Shown here one piece after another: positions 37,483-46,758 of a DNA stretch of 60,655 nt (the first letter of the stretch is position 1; every line of letters starts with the position of its first letter). A program made the position numbers and the translations under genes. Location: assembly GCF_035429765.1 (NCBI RefSeq), contig NZ_DAOMFK010000001.1, positions 1 through 60,655 of the forward strand, written 5' to 3'. This DNA comes from Nocardioides sp. (lineage in GTDB: Bacteria > Actinomycetota > Actinomycetes > Propionibacteriales > Nocardioidaceae). A model generated the notes under the pieces. The model did no database searches. It was given only the letters and a program-made list of their open reading frames with translations, and was not told where the DNA came from.

Positions 37483-39473
37483 ACCTGGTGCTGCTGGTCG
37501 GCGCCGTGGTCCTGCTCGCCGCGGTCGCCGCGGTCCGGCTCTCCACCCGGGCAGGGCTCCCGATGCTGCTGCTCTACCTCGCGATCGGGGTCGCGATCGG
37601 GGAGGCCGGTCTCGGGCTGCACTTCGAGGACGCCGAGCTGACCCAGCTCCTCGGCACGATCGCGCTGGCGGTGATCCTCGCCGAGGGTGGGTTCACCACG
37701 GACTGGCGGGTGGTCCGGCCGGTCGCGGGACTCGCGCTGGTCCTCGCGACGGTCGGGGTGGCGGTCTCTGTGCTGGTGACGTCGTCGCTGGTCTACCTCG
37801 TCCTCGACGTCGACGTACGAACCGCGATCATCCTGGGCGCGGTGGCCTCCTCGACCGACGCCGCCGCGGTGTTCGCGGTGCTGCGCCGCCTCCCGGTGCG
37901 CGGCAGGCTGCGGGCGGTGGTCGAGGCCGAGTCCGGTTTCAACGACCCTCCGGTGATCATCCTCGTCACGGTCGTCACGTCCTCGGCGTGGGGCGAGGCC
38001 GGGGTGGCGGGCGTGGGGGGCCAGGTCCTCTACCAGCTGGCCGCTGGGGTGGCGATCGGCTTCGTCGTCGCGCGCGCCGGTGTGTGGGTGCTCGTCCGGA
38101 GCGCGCTGCCCGCCTCAGGCCTCTACCCGATCGCCACGTTGGCGATCGCGTTCCTCGGCTTCGCCGTCGCCGGACTTGCCGGTGCCAGCGGGCTGATGGC
38201 CATCTACGTCACCGGCCTGACGCTCGGGAACGCCGTTCTCCCGCACCGCGCGACCACCTCGAGCTTCGTGGAGGGCCTGGCCTGGCTGTCACAGATCGGA
38301 CTGTTCATCATGCTCGGCCTGCTGGCCAGCCCCAGCCGGCTGTGGGACGCCCTGCCGTTCGCGCTCGTGGTGGGCTCGGCCCTGACCCTGGTGGCCCGTC
38401 CCGTCTCTGTCCTGGTGTGCGCCACGCCCTTCCGGATGCCGTGGCGTGAGCAGGCGTTCGTGAGCTGGGCCGGCCTGCGCGGCGCCGTACCGATCGTGCT
38501 GGCGACCATCCCGATGAGCCTCGGCCTCCCCGGGGCGACCCGGATCTTCGACGTCGTGTTCCTGCTGGTCGTGCTGTTCACCCTCATCCAGGGGCCCACG
38601 CTGCCGGCGGTCGCCCGGAGGCTCGGCGTCGCCGAGGGCGGGGCCACGCGGGAGCTCGCCGTCGAGTCCGCGCCGCTCGAGGCGCTCAACGCCACGCTGC
38701 TGCAGCTCGCCATCCCCCGGGGCTCTCGACTCGCCGGTGTCGAGATCGCCGAGCTCCGGCTCCCGCGGGGGACGTCGGTGTCGATGCTGCTGCGTGGCGG
38801 GGAGATCCTCACCCCGGCACCCACCACCGTGCTCCGCAGCGGCGACCACCTGCTGGTGGCGACGCCCCGACAGCAGCGGGACGCGGTGGAACGACGTCTC
38901 GCCGAGGTCAGCCGCAGCGGCCGCCTGGCCGGCTGGTACGCCGCGCTCTCGGGCCCCGCATCGTCGTCACCGGGCATGCCCACAGCCCGCGGAACACCTG
39001 TGACCCGGGGTGTCCTCCGACCGGGAGGGCTCGTCCACCGTGCCACTGGACGGGGCTCAGAGGGCGAGGGTGCCTTCGGGGAGAACGACGTACACGGTGC
39101 CGTGGGGGGACCGCCAGTGGTAGCTGCCGTCGCTGAGGCGTTCGTACCGCCAGCGGCCGTGCGTCTTGGCTCTGTGATGGCGCCGGCACAGCGGAGCGAG
39201 ATTCTCAGGGACGGTCTGACCGGGCGGTCCGGTGTCGTCGTAGGGGACGATGTGGTCGAGGTCGCAGCGTCGGGCGTGCCGATGGCAGTGGGGGAAGACG
39301 CAGTGGGGATCGCGGAGCCGGACCAGCTCGGCCAACCAGGCGGGCGGGTCGTGGGCGTCCACCCCGTCGGTGCGAGACAGGTCCAGGACCGGCTGGATGC
39401 GGACGCGGGTGCCCTTGAGCCACCCGAGGAGCGTGGCGAGGGTGGCCGGACCGAGTCCCTCGGCTGTGCCTAG
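37464..39473 (+). CDS. K+/H+ antiporter (CPA1, CvrA/NhaP2-like) with TrkA-C domain and an atypical C-terminal read-through
   Basis: ILAEGG, STDAAAVF, ESGFNDP, WAGLRGAVPIVLA; similarity appears to end near GRLAGWY (~38940) but the first stop is at 39473. Confidence 0.85.
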   Translation: MDLGGLNLVLLVGAVVLLAAVAAVRLSTRAGLPMLLLYLAIGVAIGEAGLGLHFEDAELTQLLGTIALAVILAEGGFTTDWRVVRPVAGLALVLATVGVAVSVLVTSSLVYLVLDVDVRTAIILGAVASSTDAAAVFAVLRRLPVRGRLRAVVEAESGFNDPPVIILVTVVTSSAWGEAGVAGVGGQVLYQLAAGVAIGFVVARAGVWVLVRSALPASGLYPIATLAIAFLGFAVAGLAGASGLMAIYVTGLTLGNAVLPHRATTSSFVEGLAWLSQIGLFIMLGLLASPSRLWDALPFALVVGSALTLVARPVSVLVCATPFRMPWREQAFVSWAGLRGAVPIVLATIPMSLGLPGATRIFDVVFLLVVLFTLIQGPTLPAVARRLGVAEGGATRELAVESAPLEALNATLLQLAIPRGSRLAGVEIAELRLPRGTSVSMLLRGGEILTPAPTTVLRSGDHLLVATPRQQRDAVERRLAEVSRSGRLAGWYAALSGPASSSPGMPTARGTPVTRGVLRPGGLVHRATGRGSEGEGAFGENDVHGAVGGPPVVAAVAEAFVPPAAVRLGSVMAPAQRSEILRDGLTGRSGVVVGDDVVEVAASGVPMAVGEDAVGIAEPDQLGQPGGRVVGVHPVGARQVQDRLDADAGALEPPEERGEGGRTESLGCA

Positions 39474-40421
39474 CCCGTCCGTCGTTCCCGCCTGGTCCGC
39501 CCGGGGCCCCCAGCTCCACCGCTCGGGGCTGACGTGCACGTAGAGGACGCTGTCGCGGCGTCTGGTCACGGACCTGACCGGCTTCGCGGGTGTCGTGGCG
39601 GCGTCGCGGAACACCTCGTCGAGGATCTGGTCGAGTGCGGTGGGGTTCCCGGCGATGATGCCGACGGCCCGGGCCTTGCGGACCTCCCAGGAACCCTCGT
39701 CCCCCAGCTGGCCGAGGGTCTGGGCGTGGTCGCAGACGAGGTCGTGGAAGCGCTGGAGGTCGGCGGAGTCACCGGTGATCTCGATCCGCGACGTTCCGGC
39801 GAAACCGGTCAGCGCGTTCCCGTGGCGGAGGCGGACGCCCCAGTGTTCGCGCTCGACCTCCTCGCGCTGCCGGTGCCGCTCCAGGTCGAACTCCGCCTTC
39901 GCCTCCTCCACGAGGCGGTCGATCGTGACCGGACCGATCCGGTCGAGGCGGCCGGCCAGCTTCTCATCGACCCAGAGGGCCGCGGCCAACGGGAGGTCCC
40001 TTGTCTGGGCGGCGACCCGTCGGGCCTTCCAGGCCGCGAGGGCCAGGTCCTGCACACCGGCCCACAGATGCGGCAGGCGGTGCTGGAGGTCCAGGACGTC
40101 GGCAAGGAGCGACATCGCCGAGTGGGTGGTGATCCCGAGAGCGGCGCCGAACGGCTCCGGGGTGAACGCGGCGACCCCCGGCGTACCGTCACCGCCCAGG
40201 GTCTCCGGGCCCGCCACCTCGGCGACCAGGTCGTTGTTCCAGGCCGAGTAGCCGGTCTCCTCCGTCGGCGGGTGCAGCACGCACCAGTGGGCAGCCAGCT
40301 CGAGCTTGACCAGCTCGGCCCGTCGGACCTGGCGCTCAGACATCCGCGCGGACGCCAGCACACCCTCGGCGTCGAGGTCGTCGACCTCGAACGGGGCACC
40401 GGTCTCATCCACGAGCAGCAT
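39057..40421 (-). CDS. DUF222 + HNH endonuclease (13E12-repeat-like)
   Basis: RDPHCVFPHC...CDLDHIVPY...NLAPLCRRHHRAKTH; ATG 40421 preferred because of the promoter motif upstream. Confidence 0.88.
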   Translation of the reverse strand: MLLVDETGAPFEVDDLDAEGVLASARMSERQVRRAELVKLELAAHWCVLHPPTEETGYSAWNNDLVAEVAGPETLGGDGTPGVAAFTPEPFGAALGITTHSAMSLLADVLDLQHRLPHLWAGVQDLALAAWKARRVAAQTRDLPLAAALWVDEKLAGRLDRIGPVTIDRLVEEAKAEFDLERHRQREEVEREHWGVRLRHGNALTGFAGTSRIEITGDSADLQRFHDLVCDHAQTLGQLGDEGSWEVRKARAVGIIAGNPTALDQILDEVFRDAATTPAKPVRSVTRRRDSVLYVHVSPERWSWGPRADQAGTTDGLGTAEGLGPATLATLLGWLKGTRVRIQPVLDLSRTDGVDAHDPPAWLAELVRLRDPHCVFPHCHRHARRCDLDHIVPYDDTGPPGQTVPENLAPLCRRHHRAKTHGRWRYERLSDGSYHWRSPHGTVYVVLPEGTLAL

Positions 40422-40428
40422 GAGAACC

Positions 40429-40450
40429 ACGCAACCAGACGCCACCGACA
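40429..40450 (-). promoter_or_regulatory. RecA-NDp/PafBC-type promoter motif, leaderless arrangement
   Basis: TGTCGGTG-N8-TTGCGT-N7-ATG versus the consensus TGTCGGTG-N8-TAnnnT (one mismatch in the -10). Confidence 0.6.
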
Positions 40451-40510
40451 TTGAGACCCCCGAAACCGGGGTTATCCACCGGTCTCCAGGTCACGGAATG
40501 GTAACACTTT

Positions 40511-40526
40511 TCGAGCACCCGTTCGC
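40511..40526. promoter_or_regulatory. Degenerate LexA (SOS) box
   Basis: TCGAGC-ACCC-GTTCGC versus TCGAAC-N4-GTTCGA, 2 mismatches, upstream of the HNH gene. Confidence 0.4.
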
Positions 40527-40575
40527 CACGCTGGAGCCCGCCTGCTCGCGATGACCAGCATGCCGATCCGGGTGC

Positions 40576-42954
40576 TCAGGCGTAGCGGAGCGCGTCGCCT
40601 GGCCGGAACCGGACCGCTCGGCGCACCGGGAGGAACAGCACGAGGAGTGCCAGGGCCGCCGTGCCGACGAGGGCGATGGGAATGTTCTGCGCGGGGAAGG
40701 TGACCGGGAGGCGCACGTCGACGACCTCCCAGACCAGCCACAGGAGCAGGCGCGTGAGGGCGTAGCCGAGCGGGATGCCGAGGAGCCAGCCTCCGAGCGC
40801 CAGCGCCATCCCTTCGGTCGTGAAGATACGGCGGATGTCGCGCGCGCGTGCGCCGATGCTGCGCAGGATGCCGATCTCGCGGGTGCGCTCGAGGACGTTG
40901 GTGGTGATGGCGTTCGCGAGCCCGACCATGCTCATCGCCACGATCACGAAGCCGAGCACGGCGATCGAGGTTGTCAGCGTGCTGTTCGCGGCGACCTCGT
41001 CCCGCTCCGCGACGTACCTGATCTCGCTGGTGACGTCGTGGCCGAGCGCGGCGAGCCGGTCCTCGACCAGGCTGGTGGTGCGGTCGACCGTCGCCTGGTC
41101 TGGCGAGTCCGTCTTGATCCAGTACGCGCTGGCGCCGGTCGGCTGTCCCAGGAGCGCTCGAGCGGTGGCGAGCGGGACGTAGAGCGCGGTCCCGTTCTCC
41201 TGCTGGTTCTTCGCGACCCCGACGATGCGGAAGTCGGCCTCTCCGCCCGCCGTGGTGAGCGTGACCCGCTCGCCCACCTCCACTCCGAGGGTCTGGGCGA
41301 TGTTGCGCTCGATCACGGCGACCTGCGCGGCGGCCTGCGCCTCGGCGGCACTGAACCAGCGGCCGCCGGCGAGCCGGTACCGGAAGAGCGGATCGCGCTC
41401 CATGCCCCACACGAAGGCCTCCCGGCCCGCGAGCTCCACGGTGTTCTTGAGCACGGGCTCGGCCTCGGAGACTCCCGGTGTCGAGCGGATCACCCGCTCT
41501 GCGCGCTGATCGAAGAGCGCCCGCCCACCGGTCGAGATCTGCACATCCTCGAGGTGGTCGCCCCAGGAGGTCCTGGTGGCCTCGGTCGCGGCCTGCGCCA
41601 GGGCCAGCACCGCGAGCAGGTTCCCGACCGCCAGCGCCACGATCGAGGCGGTGGCGAGGCTGCGTCGCCCACGCCTCCCGACGTTGCGCAGGCCGATCTG
41701 GATCACCCGCGGCAGGAAGCCGATGCGCTGCAGCACGCGGTCGGCCGCGCCCTGCGTGCCCACCATCGAGCCGCTGGCTTCCAGCGCCTCGCGCAGGTCG
41801 ACCCGCAGCGCCCGGCGGACAGCCGGCAGGGCCGCAAGGGGCGGCGTCAGGAGTCCGACGAGGACGCTGATCGCCAGCACGAGGGGATCCACGCCGAAGC
41901 CCACGTCGATCGCCCAGAAGGTCGAGCCGAAGTAGCGGGCGAGGAGGCCGGAGAGCAGGATCCCGAGCCCTACGCCGACGACCGCTCCGAGCGCGCCCAG
42001 CAGCAGGGTCGTCCTCAGGTAGACCAGCGCCACCTGGTGGCGGCGGGCGCCGATCGCCCGCATGATCCCGATCTCGCGGGTCTGCTCGGCCACGAGGGTA
42101 CTGGTCGTGTTCGAGATCAGGACCAGGGCGGAGAGAAGCGCCAGCACGGTGATCACACCCAGCAGCTGCGCGAACTCCTCGGTGTCCGCCTTCCCCGGCC
42201 AGTCTCCCGGTGCCCGCAGGTCCGGCAGGTCGGAGAACCCGGCGAAGCCGGGCGCCGCAGCCAGGTCGCGGCGCACCGCGGCGACCGTCTCCGCGGCAGT
42301 GTCAGGGCTCGGGTCGTCCAGCCGCAGGGCCAGCTCGCCGAACCCGGCGTCCCCACCCAGGGCCACCACCGTGTCCGCGGGGGCGTAGAGGACGATCACG
42401 CTCTCGTCCTGCACCTGTTCGCCGCCCGGGAGGCTGCGACCGCGGCCGCTGACCACGAGCTCGGTGCGTTCACCCCCCTCACCGAGCACCACGAGGGTGT
42501 CGCCGGCGGATCCGTCGTACACGCCGACGTTCGTGTCCTGCACGTCGGCGAGGAGCTCGCCAGGGCCCGGGACCGCTCCAGACTCCACCCGCACGAGGTC
42601 CACGCCCTGGTCCGCGAACTCCCGTACGCCGATGACGCGCGCCGGCGCGCGCCGTTCACCCACCAGCACCCGCACGTCGACGCTCGAGCGGGGTGCCACG
42701 GCCTTCACGTTCGGAAGAGCGGCGAGCCCTGCCAGCTGCTCGTCGGTGAGCCTCACCGGCCGCAGATGGAGCGTCACGTCCGCGAGGCGCCCCGCGCGCA
42801 CCTCCTCCTGCATCGCACGGTCGATCAGCGTGGGAATCGCGAAGAAGGAGATGCTCGCCACCGCGATCGCCAGCGTGAGCACGCTGAACACCGTCCGCGC
42901 CCGCCGCCGCGTCAGGTCGGTGGCCGACTTGCGGAGCGAGGCGGAGAGGATCAC
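40576..42954 (-). CDS. ABC transporter permease (FtsX/MacB-type, duplicated domains)
   Basis: Two copies of E.TREIGI.R.IGA; GTG 42954. Confidence 0.9.
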   Translation of the reverse strand: MILSASLRKSATDLTRRRARTVFSVLTLAIAVASISFFAIPTLIDRAMQEEVRAGRLADVTLHLRPVRLTDEQLAGLAALPNVKAVAPRSSVDVRVLVGERRAPARVIGVREFADQGVDLVRVESGAVPGPGELLADVQDTNVGVYDGSAGDTLVVLGEGGERTELVVSGRGRSLPGGEQVQDESVIVLYAPADTVVALGGDAGFGELALRLDDPSPDTAAETVAAVRRDLAAAPGFAGFSDLPDLRAPGDWPGKADTEEFAQLLGVITVLALLSALVLISNTTSTLVAEQTREIGIMRAIGARRHQVALVYLRTTLLLGALGAVVGVGLGILLSGLLARYFGSTFWAIDVGFGVDPLVLAISVLVGLLTPPLAALPAVRRALRVDLREALEASGSMVGTQGAADRVLQRIGFLPRVIQIGLRNVGRRGRRSLATASIVALAVGNLLAVLALAQAATEATRTSWGDHLEDVQISTGGRALFDQRAERVIRSTPGVSEAEPVLKNTVELAGREAFVWGMERDPLFRYRLAGGRWFSAAEAQAAAQVAVIERNIAQTLGVEVGERVTLTTAGGEADFRIVGVAKNQQENGTALYVPLATARALLGQPTGASAYWIKTDSPDQATVDRTTSLVEDRLAALGHDVTSEIRYVAERDEVAANSTLTTSIAVLGFVIVAMSMVGLANAITTNVLERTREIGILRSIGARARDIRRIFTTEGMALALGGWLLGIPLGYALTRLLLWLVWEVVDVRLPVTFPAQNIPIALVGTAALALLVLFLPVRRAVRFRPGDALRYA

Positions 42955-42959
42955 GCCCC

Positions 42960-43682
42960 TCAGCCCTCCACCACGAGCCCGTCGCGGATCTCGACCACGC
43001 GCTGGGCGCGCTCGGCCAGCTCGCGGTCGTGCGTCACGAAGAGAACGGTCTTGCCCTCCTGGTTCAGGCGCACCAGGAGCTCGAACATCTCCGCCGCAGT
43101 GGCCGTGTCGAGGTTGCCGGTCGGCTCGTCGCCCACGATCAGGCGGGGATCCGACGCCAGCGACCGCGCGATCGCTACTCGCTGCTGCTCGCCCCCCGAG
43201 AGCTCCGCGGGCGAGTGATGGAGCTTGTCCCCGAGGCCGACCAGGTCGAGGTTGTGCCGCGCCCGCTCGAACCGTTCGCGCTTCGAGCCGCGTCGGAGGA
43301 AGTCGAGGGGGAGGGCCGCGTTCTCGAGCGCCGACAAGGTCGGGAGCAGCTGGAAGAACTGGAAGATGATCCCGACGTTGGCGCCGCGCCACACCGCCAG
43401 CTCCTCCTCACTCATCTCCTCCAGAGGCTGAGAGTCGAAAGCCACCGCCCCCGCGGTCGGCCGGTCGATGCCGGTGATCATGTTCAAGATCGTTGACTTG
43501 CCACTTCCCGACGGCCCGACCAGAGCCACCAGCTCCCCTGCTTCCACCGCCAGGTCGACGCCGCGCAGAGCGCGATAGTCCACCTTGCCCATCCGGTAGA
43601 CCTTCTCTACGGCGGCGAGCTGGATCAGTGGCTGCTCCGCGGAGGTGGGCGGGCCCGGGTGCGACGCCAGGTCGGGGGTCAC
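42960..43682 (-). CDS. ABC transporter ATP-binding protein (LolD/MacB-like)
   Basis: GPSGSGKST, LSGGEQQRV, GDEPTGNLD, VTHD. Confidence 0.95.
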   Translation of the reverse strand: MTPDLASHPGPPTSAEQPLIQLAAVEKVYRMGKVDYRALRGVDLAVEAGELVALVGPSGSGKSTILNMITGIDRPTAGAVAFDSQPLEEMSEEELAVWRGANVGIIFQFFQLLPTLSALENAALPLDFLRRGSKRERFERARHNLDLVGLGDKLHHSPAELSGGEQQRVAIARSLASDPRLIVGDEPTGNLDTATAAEMFELLVRLNQEGKTVLFVTHDRELAERAQRVVEIRDGLVVEG

Positions 43683-43760
43683 GAGGTCCAGTATCCGCCT
43701 CCCGACCGGGGTCCGTCGACGCCGATGCCGTCACACACCGCGGTGAACGCGCCGCGAGCT

Positions 43761-43804
43761 ATACCTAGAAGCGTGAGGTATTGTTACCTTGTAGTTCTAG
43801 GTAT
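43761..43804. promoter_or_regulatory. Tandem palindromic operators (probable PadR sites)
   Basis: ATACCT-N9-AGGTAT (43761-43781) and TTACCT-N9-AGGTAT (43784-43804), directly upstream of padR. Confidence 0.7.
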
Positions 43805-43816
43805 TCAGGGAGCAGC

Positions 43817-44185
43817 ATGCGGATCGACAAGGACCTGGTGGCAGCGTCGGCGACGCCGCTGGTGCTGGGCATCCTCGCCGAGGATGCGTCGTCGTACGGG
43901 TACGCGATCCTCAAACGCATCCGTGAGCTCTCCGACGGCAACATGGAGTGGACCGACGGGATGCTCTACCCGCTGCTGCACCGACTCGAGCGGCTCGGGC
44001 AGGTGAAGTCCACGTGGCAGACGTCCGACCAGGGTCGACGACGCAAGCACTACGCGCTCACCGAAGCCGGTCGCCAGGCGCTCGCCGACCGGCAGAGCCA
44101 GTGGGCCGTCGTCAGCGAGACCCTGGACCGTATCTGGCACACGCGCACGCAGCTGCCGGCGATCCCGCAGGCGGTGACGCCGTGA
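43817..44185 (+). CDS. PadR-family transcriptional regulator
   Basis: YGYAIL...WTDGMLYPLLHRLE...RRKHYALTEAG. Confidence 0.92.
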   Translation: MRIDKDLVAASATPLVLGILAEDASSYGYAILKRIRELSDGNMEWTDGMLYPLLHRLERLGQVKSTWQTSDQGRRRKHYALTEAGRQALADRQSQWAVVSETLDRIWHTRTQLPAIPQAVTP

Positions 44186-45513
44186 GCGAGCACCAGATCG
44201 AGCAGTGGCGCAAGCACGTCCAACGTCGGGCCACGTTGACCAATGACGACGTCGCCGAGCTCGAGGAGCACCTGCGCGGGCAGGTCGACGACCTCATCGC
44301 CTCGGGGCTCACCGAGGACGAGGCGTTCCTCGTCGCAGTCAAGCGGATGGGAAGCGTGGACGAGCTGTCGCGCGAGTTCGCCATCGAGCACTCCGAGAGG
44401 CTGTGGAAGCAGCTCGTGCTCACGGCCGACGACCCCGGTGAGTCACGGGCGCGGGGTCGGGACCTGTGGCTCGCCATCTGCCTGGGTGTTGGCGCGGCGC
44501 TGTCGCTCCGCGCAGGCCTGGCGTGGCTGGACGAGGACGTGTTCGTCCGACTCGTCTCCGTGCTCGTGCTGCCGTGGGTGGTGGCCTACTTCGCCTGGAA
44601 GCGTGACGTCTCGGCGCGGACGGTGGTGAGCGTGGCGGCCGGGTACGCGGCCGTGGCCGCTCTGCTTGTCGCCTATCCCTTCCATGACGAGCAGAGCGAC
44701 ACACTCCTCCTCGCGGTGATCCACACCCCGATCCTGCTGTGGCTCCTGATGGGGGTGGTGTACGTCGGGGGCGACTGGCGGTCCGGGCGTCGGCGGATGG
44801 ACTTCATCCGGTTCACGGGCGAATGGGCGGTGTACTACTTCCTGCTCGCCGCCGGTGGCGGTCTGCTGCTGGCTCTGGCCGGCGCGACGTTCAACGCCGT
44901 CAACATCGACGCGGCGGTGTTCTTGTTCGAGTGGGTGCTTCCCATGGGAGCCGCTGGGGCAGCCGTGATCGCGGCGTGGCTGGTGGAGTCCAAGCAGAAC
45001 GTGATCGAGAACATCGCGCCGGTGCTGGCGCGGGTCTTCTCGCCGCTGACCGTCCTGCTGCTGGTGGCGCTGCTGATCGCCTTCGCGGCCAACCCGGATG
45101 TCATCGACGTCGAGCGCGAGCTGCTCATCCTGATGACCGTGATCCTGGTGCTGGTCCTCGCGCTGTGGCTCTACGCGGTGTCCGCGAGGCCGCCACAGGC
45201 GCCGGCCGGTCTCGCTGACTGGCTGCAGGTGGTGCTGGTCGTCACGGCGATCCTCGTCGATCTCGTCGTGCTGATCGCCATGGCCAGCCGGATCGCCGAG
45301 CTCGGGCTGACGCCGAACCGCGCCGCGGCTCTCGGCCTCAACATCCTTCTGCTGGTCAACCTGGCCGTCTCGGCCTGGCTCGGCCTGGCCTTCGTGCGTG
45401 GTCGCCGTCCCGTCGCGGCACTGGAGCGTTGGCAGACCGACTACCTGCCCGTGTACGCCGCGTGGGCCGCCGTCGTGGTCGTCCTCTGGGGTCCGCTGTT
45501 CGACTGGGCGTGA
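44182..45513 (+). CDS. Permease-prefix-domain-1 multi-TM membrane protein
   Basis: ELEEHL...GLTEDEAFLVAVKRMG N-terminal motif, then 10 or more TM; GTGA overlap with padR. Confidence 0.85.
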   Translation: MSEHQIEQWRKHVQRRATLTNDDVAELEEHLRGQVDDLIASGLTEDEAFLVAVKRMGSVDELSREFAIEHSERLWKQLVLTADDPGESRARGRDLWLAICLGVGAALSLRAGLAWLDEDVFVRLVSVLVLPWVVAYFAWKRDVSARTVVSVAAGYAAVAALLVAYPFHDEQSDTLLLAVIHTPILLWLLMGVVYVGGDWRSGRRRMDFIRFTGEWAVYYFLLAAGGGLLLALAGATFNAVNIDAAVFLFEWVLPMGAAGAAVIAAWLVESKQNVIENIAPVLARVFSPLTVLLLVALLIAFAANPDVIDVERELLILMTVILVLVLALWLYAVSARPPQAPAGLADWLQVVLVVTAILVDLVVLIAMASRIAELGLTPNRAAALGLNILLLVNLAVSAWLGLAFVRGRRPVAALERWQTDYLPVYAAWAAVVVVLWGPLFDWA

Positions 45514-45560
45514 TCGGCTCAGGGGGGAGCTGCCCACCAGACACGCTCCGCCCTCGACGA

Positions 45561-46601
45561 TCAGCTCGCGTTCAGCGTTCTCGTGAGCAGGTCCTCGACC
45601 GCCTTGACGTCGGCACCGACGGCGACCTGCACCTGGTGGCCGTCGCGGTCGCGGACCGTTCTCCCGTTGTCGCTGCCCCGGGTGGTGACGACACTGATCG
45701 GGGCGCGCTCGGTGGTGACGACGTCGGGGTCGACCACGACGGCGGCGGCCAGCGGGTCCCAGAAGTACGCCTCCCCGCTCGCCACCAGCGGGTTGTTCGC
45801 CAGCAGCTGGCTGGCGATCGCGGCGGCCTCGGCCTCGACGTTGCCCTGGAGCTCACCGACGAACTCCGGGGTGATCGGGGCCTGGTTGGTCGCGTCCAGT
45901 CCCACCAAGGTGACCGGGGCCCCCGACGCGAGCACCTCCTCGGCCGCGACCGGGTCGACGTACAGGTTCCACTCCGCGCTCGGTGAGGAGTCCTCCTCGG
46001 TGTACACGTTGCCCCCGACGTCGACGGCGCCGCCCATGATCACCATGGACGACATCGTGTCGGGCAGGTCTGGGTCGGCGCGGAAGGCCTCGGCCGGGTT
46101 CGTGAGCGGACCGAGTGTCAGCAGGGTCACGCGACCCGTGGACAAGGTCTCCGCGAGCAGCTGTGCTGCCGAGGGTGCGGCGTCCGGCGCCTCCACGACA
46201 GGCAGGTCCACCCCCCAGGCGGCATCGGCTGCGTCACGCCACTCGGCCGGGAAGGTGTGGTCGCCGGACAGGGGAGTGGAACGCCCGCAGGCCACCGGTA
46301 CATCGTCGTGTCCGGTGACGGCGAGCAGGCCGGCTGCGATCTCCAGGCCTCGGGGGCACCGCACCTCACCGGTCCCGGACACGGTGACCGCACGGACGTC
46401 GACCTCGCTCGAGGAGAGCAGGAACAGCAGGGCGACCAGATCGTCCGATGCCAGATCGGTGTCCACCACCAGGGGGCGACCGGCGCCCGTGCCGTCAGAG
46501 GTCGGGCCGGTCGAGCCGTCGCCCCTCGGGTTGCCGTCATCGCCGCACCCGGCCGTGACGAGCAGGAGGAACGCCGCTGTCAGGCTCATCCACGGACGCA
46601 C
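45561..46601 (-). CDS. Nucleoside hydrolase (IU-NH family), predicted lipoprotein
   Basis: Lipobox LVTAG-C, DTDLASDD, LGPLTN, MGG, AEWNLYVDP, WDPLA. Confidence 0.85.
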   Translation of the reverse strand: MRPWMSLTAAFLLLVTAGCGDDGNPRGDGSTGPTSDGTGAGRPLVVDTDLASDDLVALLFLLSSSEVDVRAVTVSGTGEVRCPRGLEIAAGLLAVTGHDDVPVACGRSTPLSGDHTFPAEWRDAADAAWGVDLPVVEAPDAAPSAAQLLAETLSTGRVTLLTLGPLTNPAEAFRADPDLPDTMSSMVIMGGAVDVGGNVYTEEDSSPSAEWNLYVDPVAAEEVLASGAPVTLVGLDATNQAPITPEFVGELQGNVEAEAAAIASQLLANNPLVASGEAYFWDPLAAAVVVDPDVVTTERAPISVVTTRGSDNGRTVRDRDGHQVQVAVGADVKAVEDLLTRTLNAS

Positions 46602-46701
46602 TGCTCGCTCCTGCCTGCCGCATGTGGTGGACCGAACGTCGAGACCATCATGGTCCCTGTGGCTTCTCCCCGGGGTCGCACCCCTGCCACGGCGCCCGGC
46701 A

Positions 46702-46758
46702 CCACGCGTTCAGGTCGGGGGTTCCGTGGAAGCGGAGCTGACGTTCTTGCTCACCACG
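46702..46758. repeat. Direct repeat copy 1 (fragment of the cysteine hydrolase gene)
   Basis: CCACGCGTTCAGGTCGGGGGTTCCGTGGAAGCGGAGCTGACGTTCTTGCTCACCACG matches 54876-54933 with 2 substitutions and 1 indel. Confidence 0.9.

Noticed and set aside
40472-40480. TTATCCACC DnaA-box-like 9-mer
   Set aside because: Single 8/9 match with no cluster or origin context
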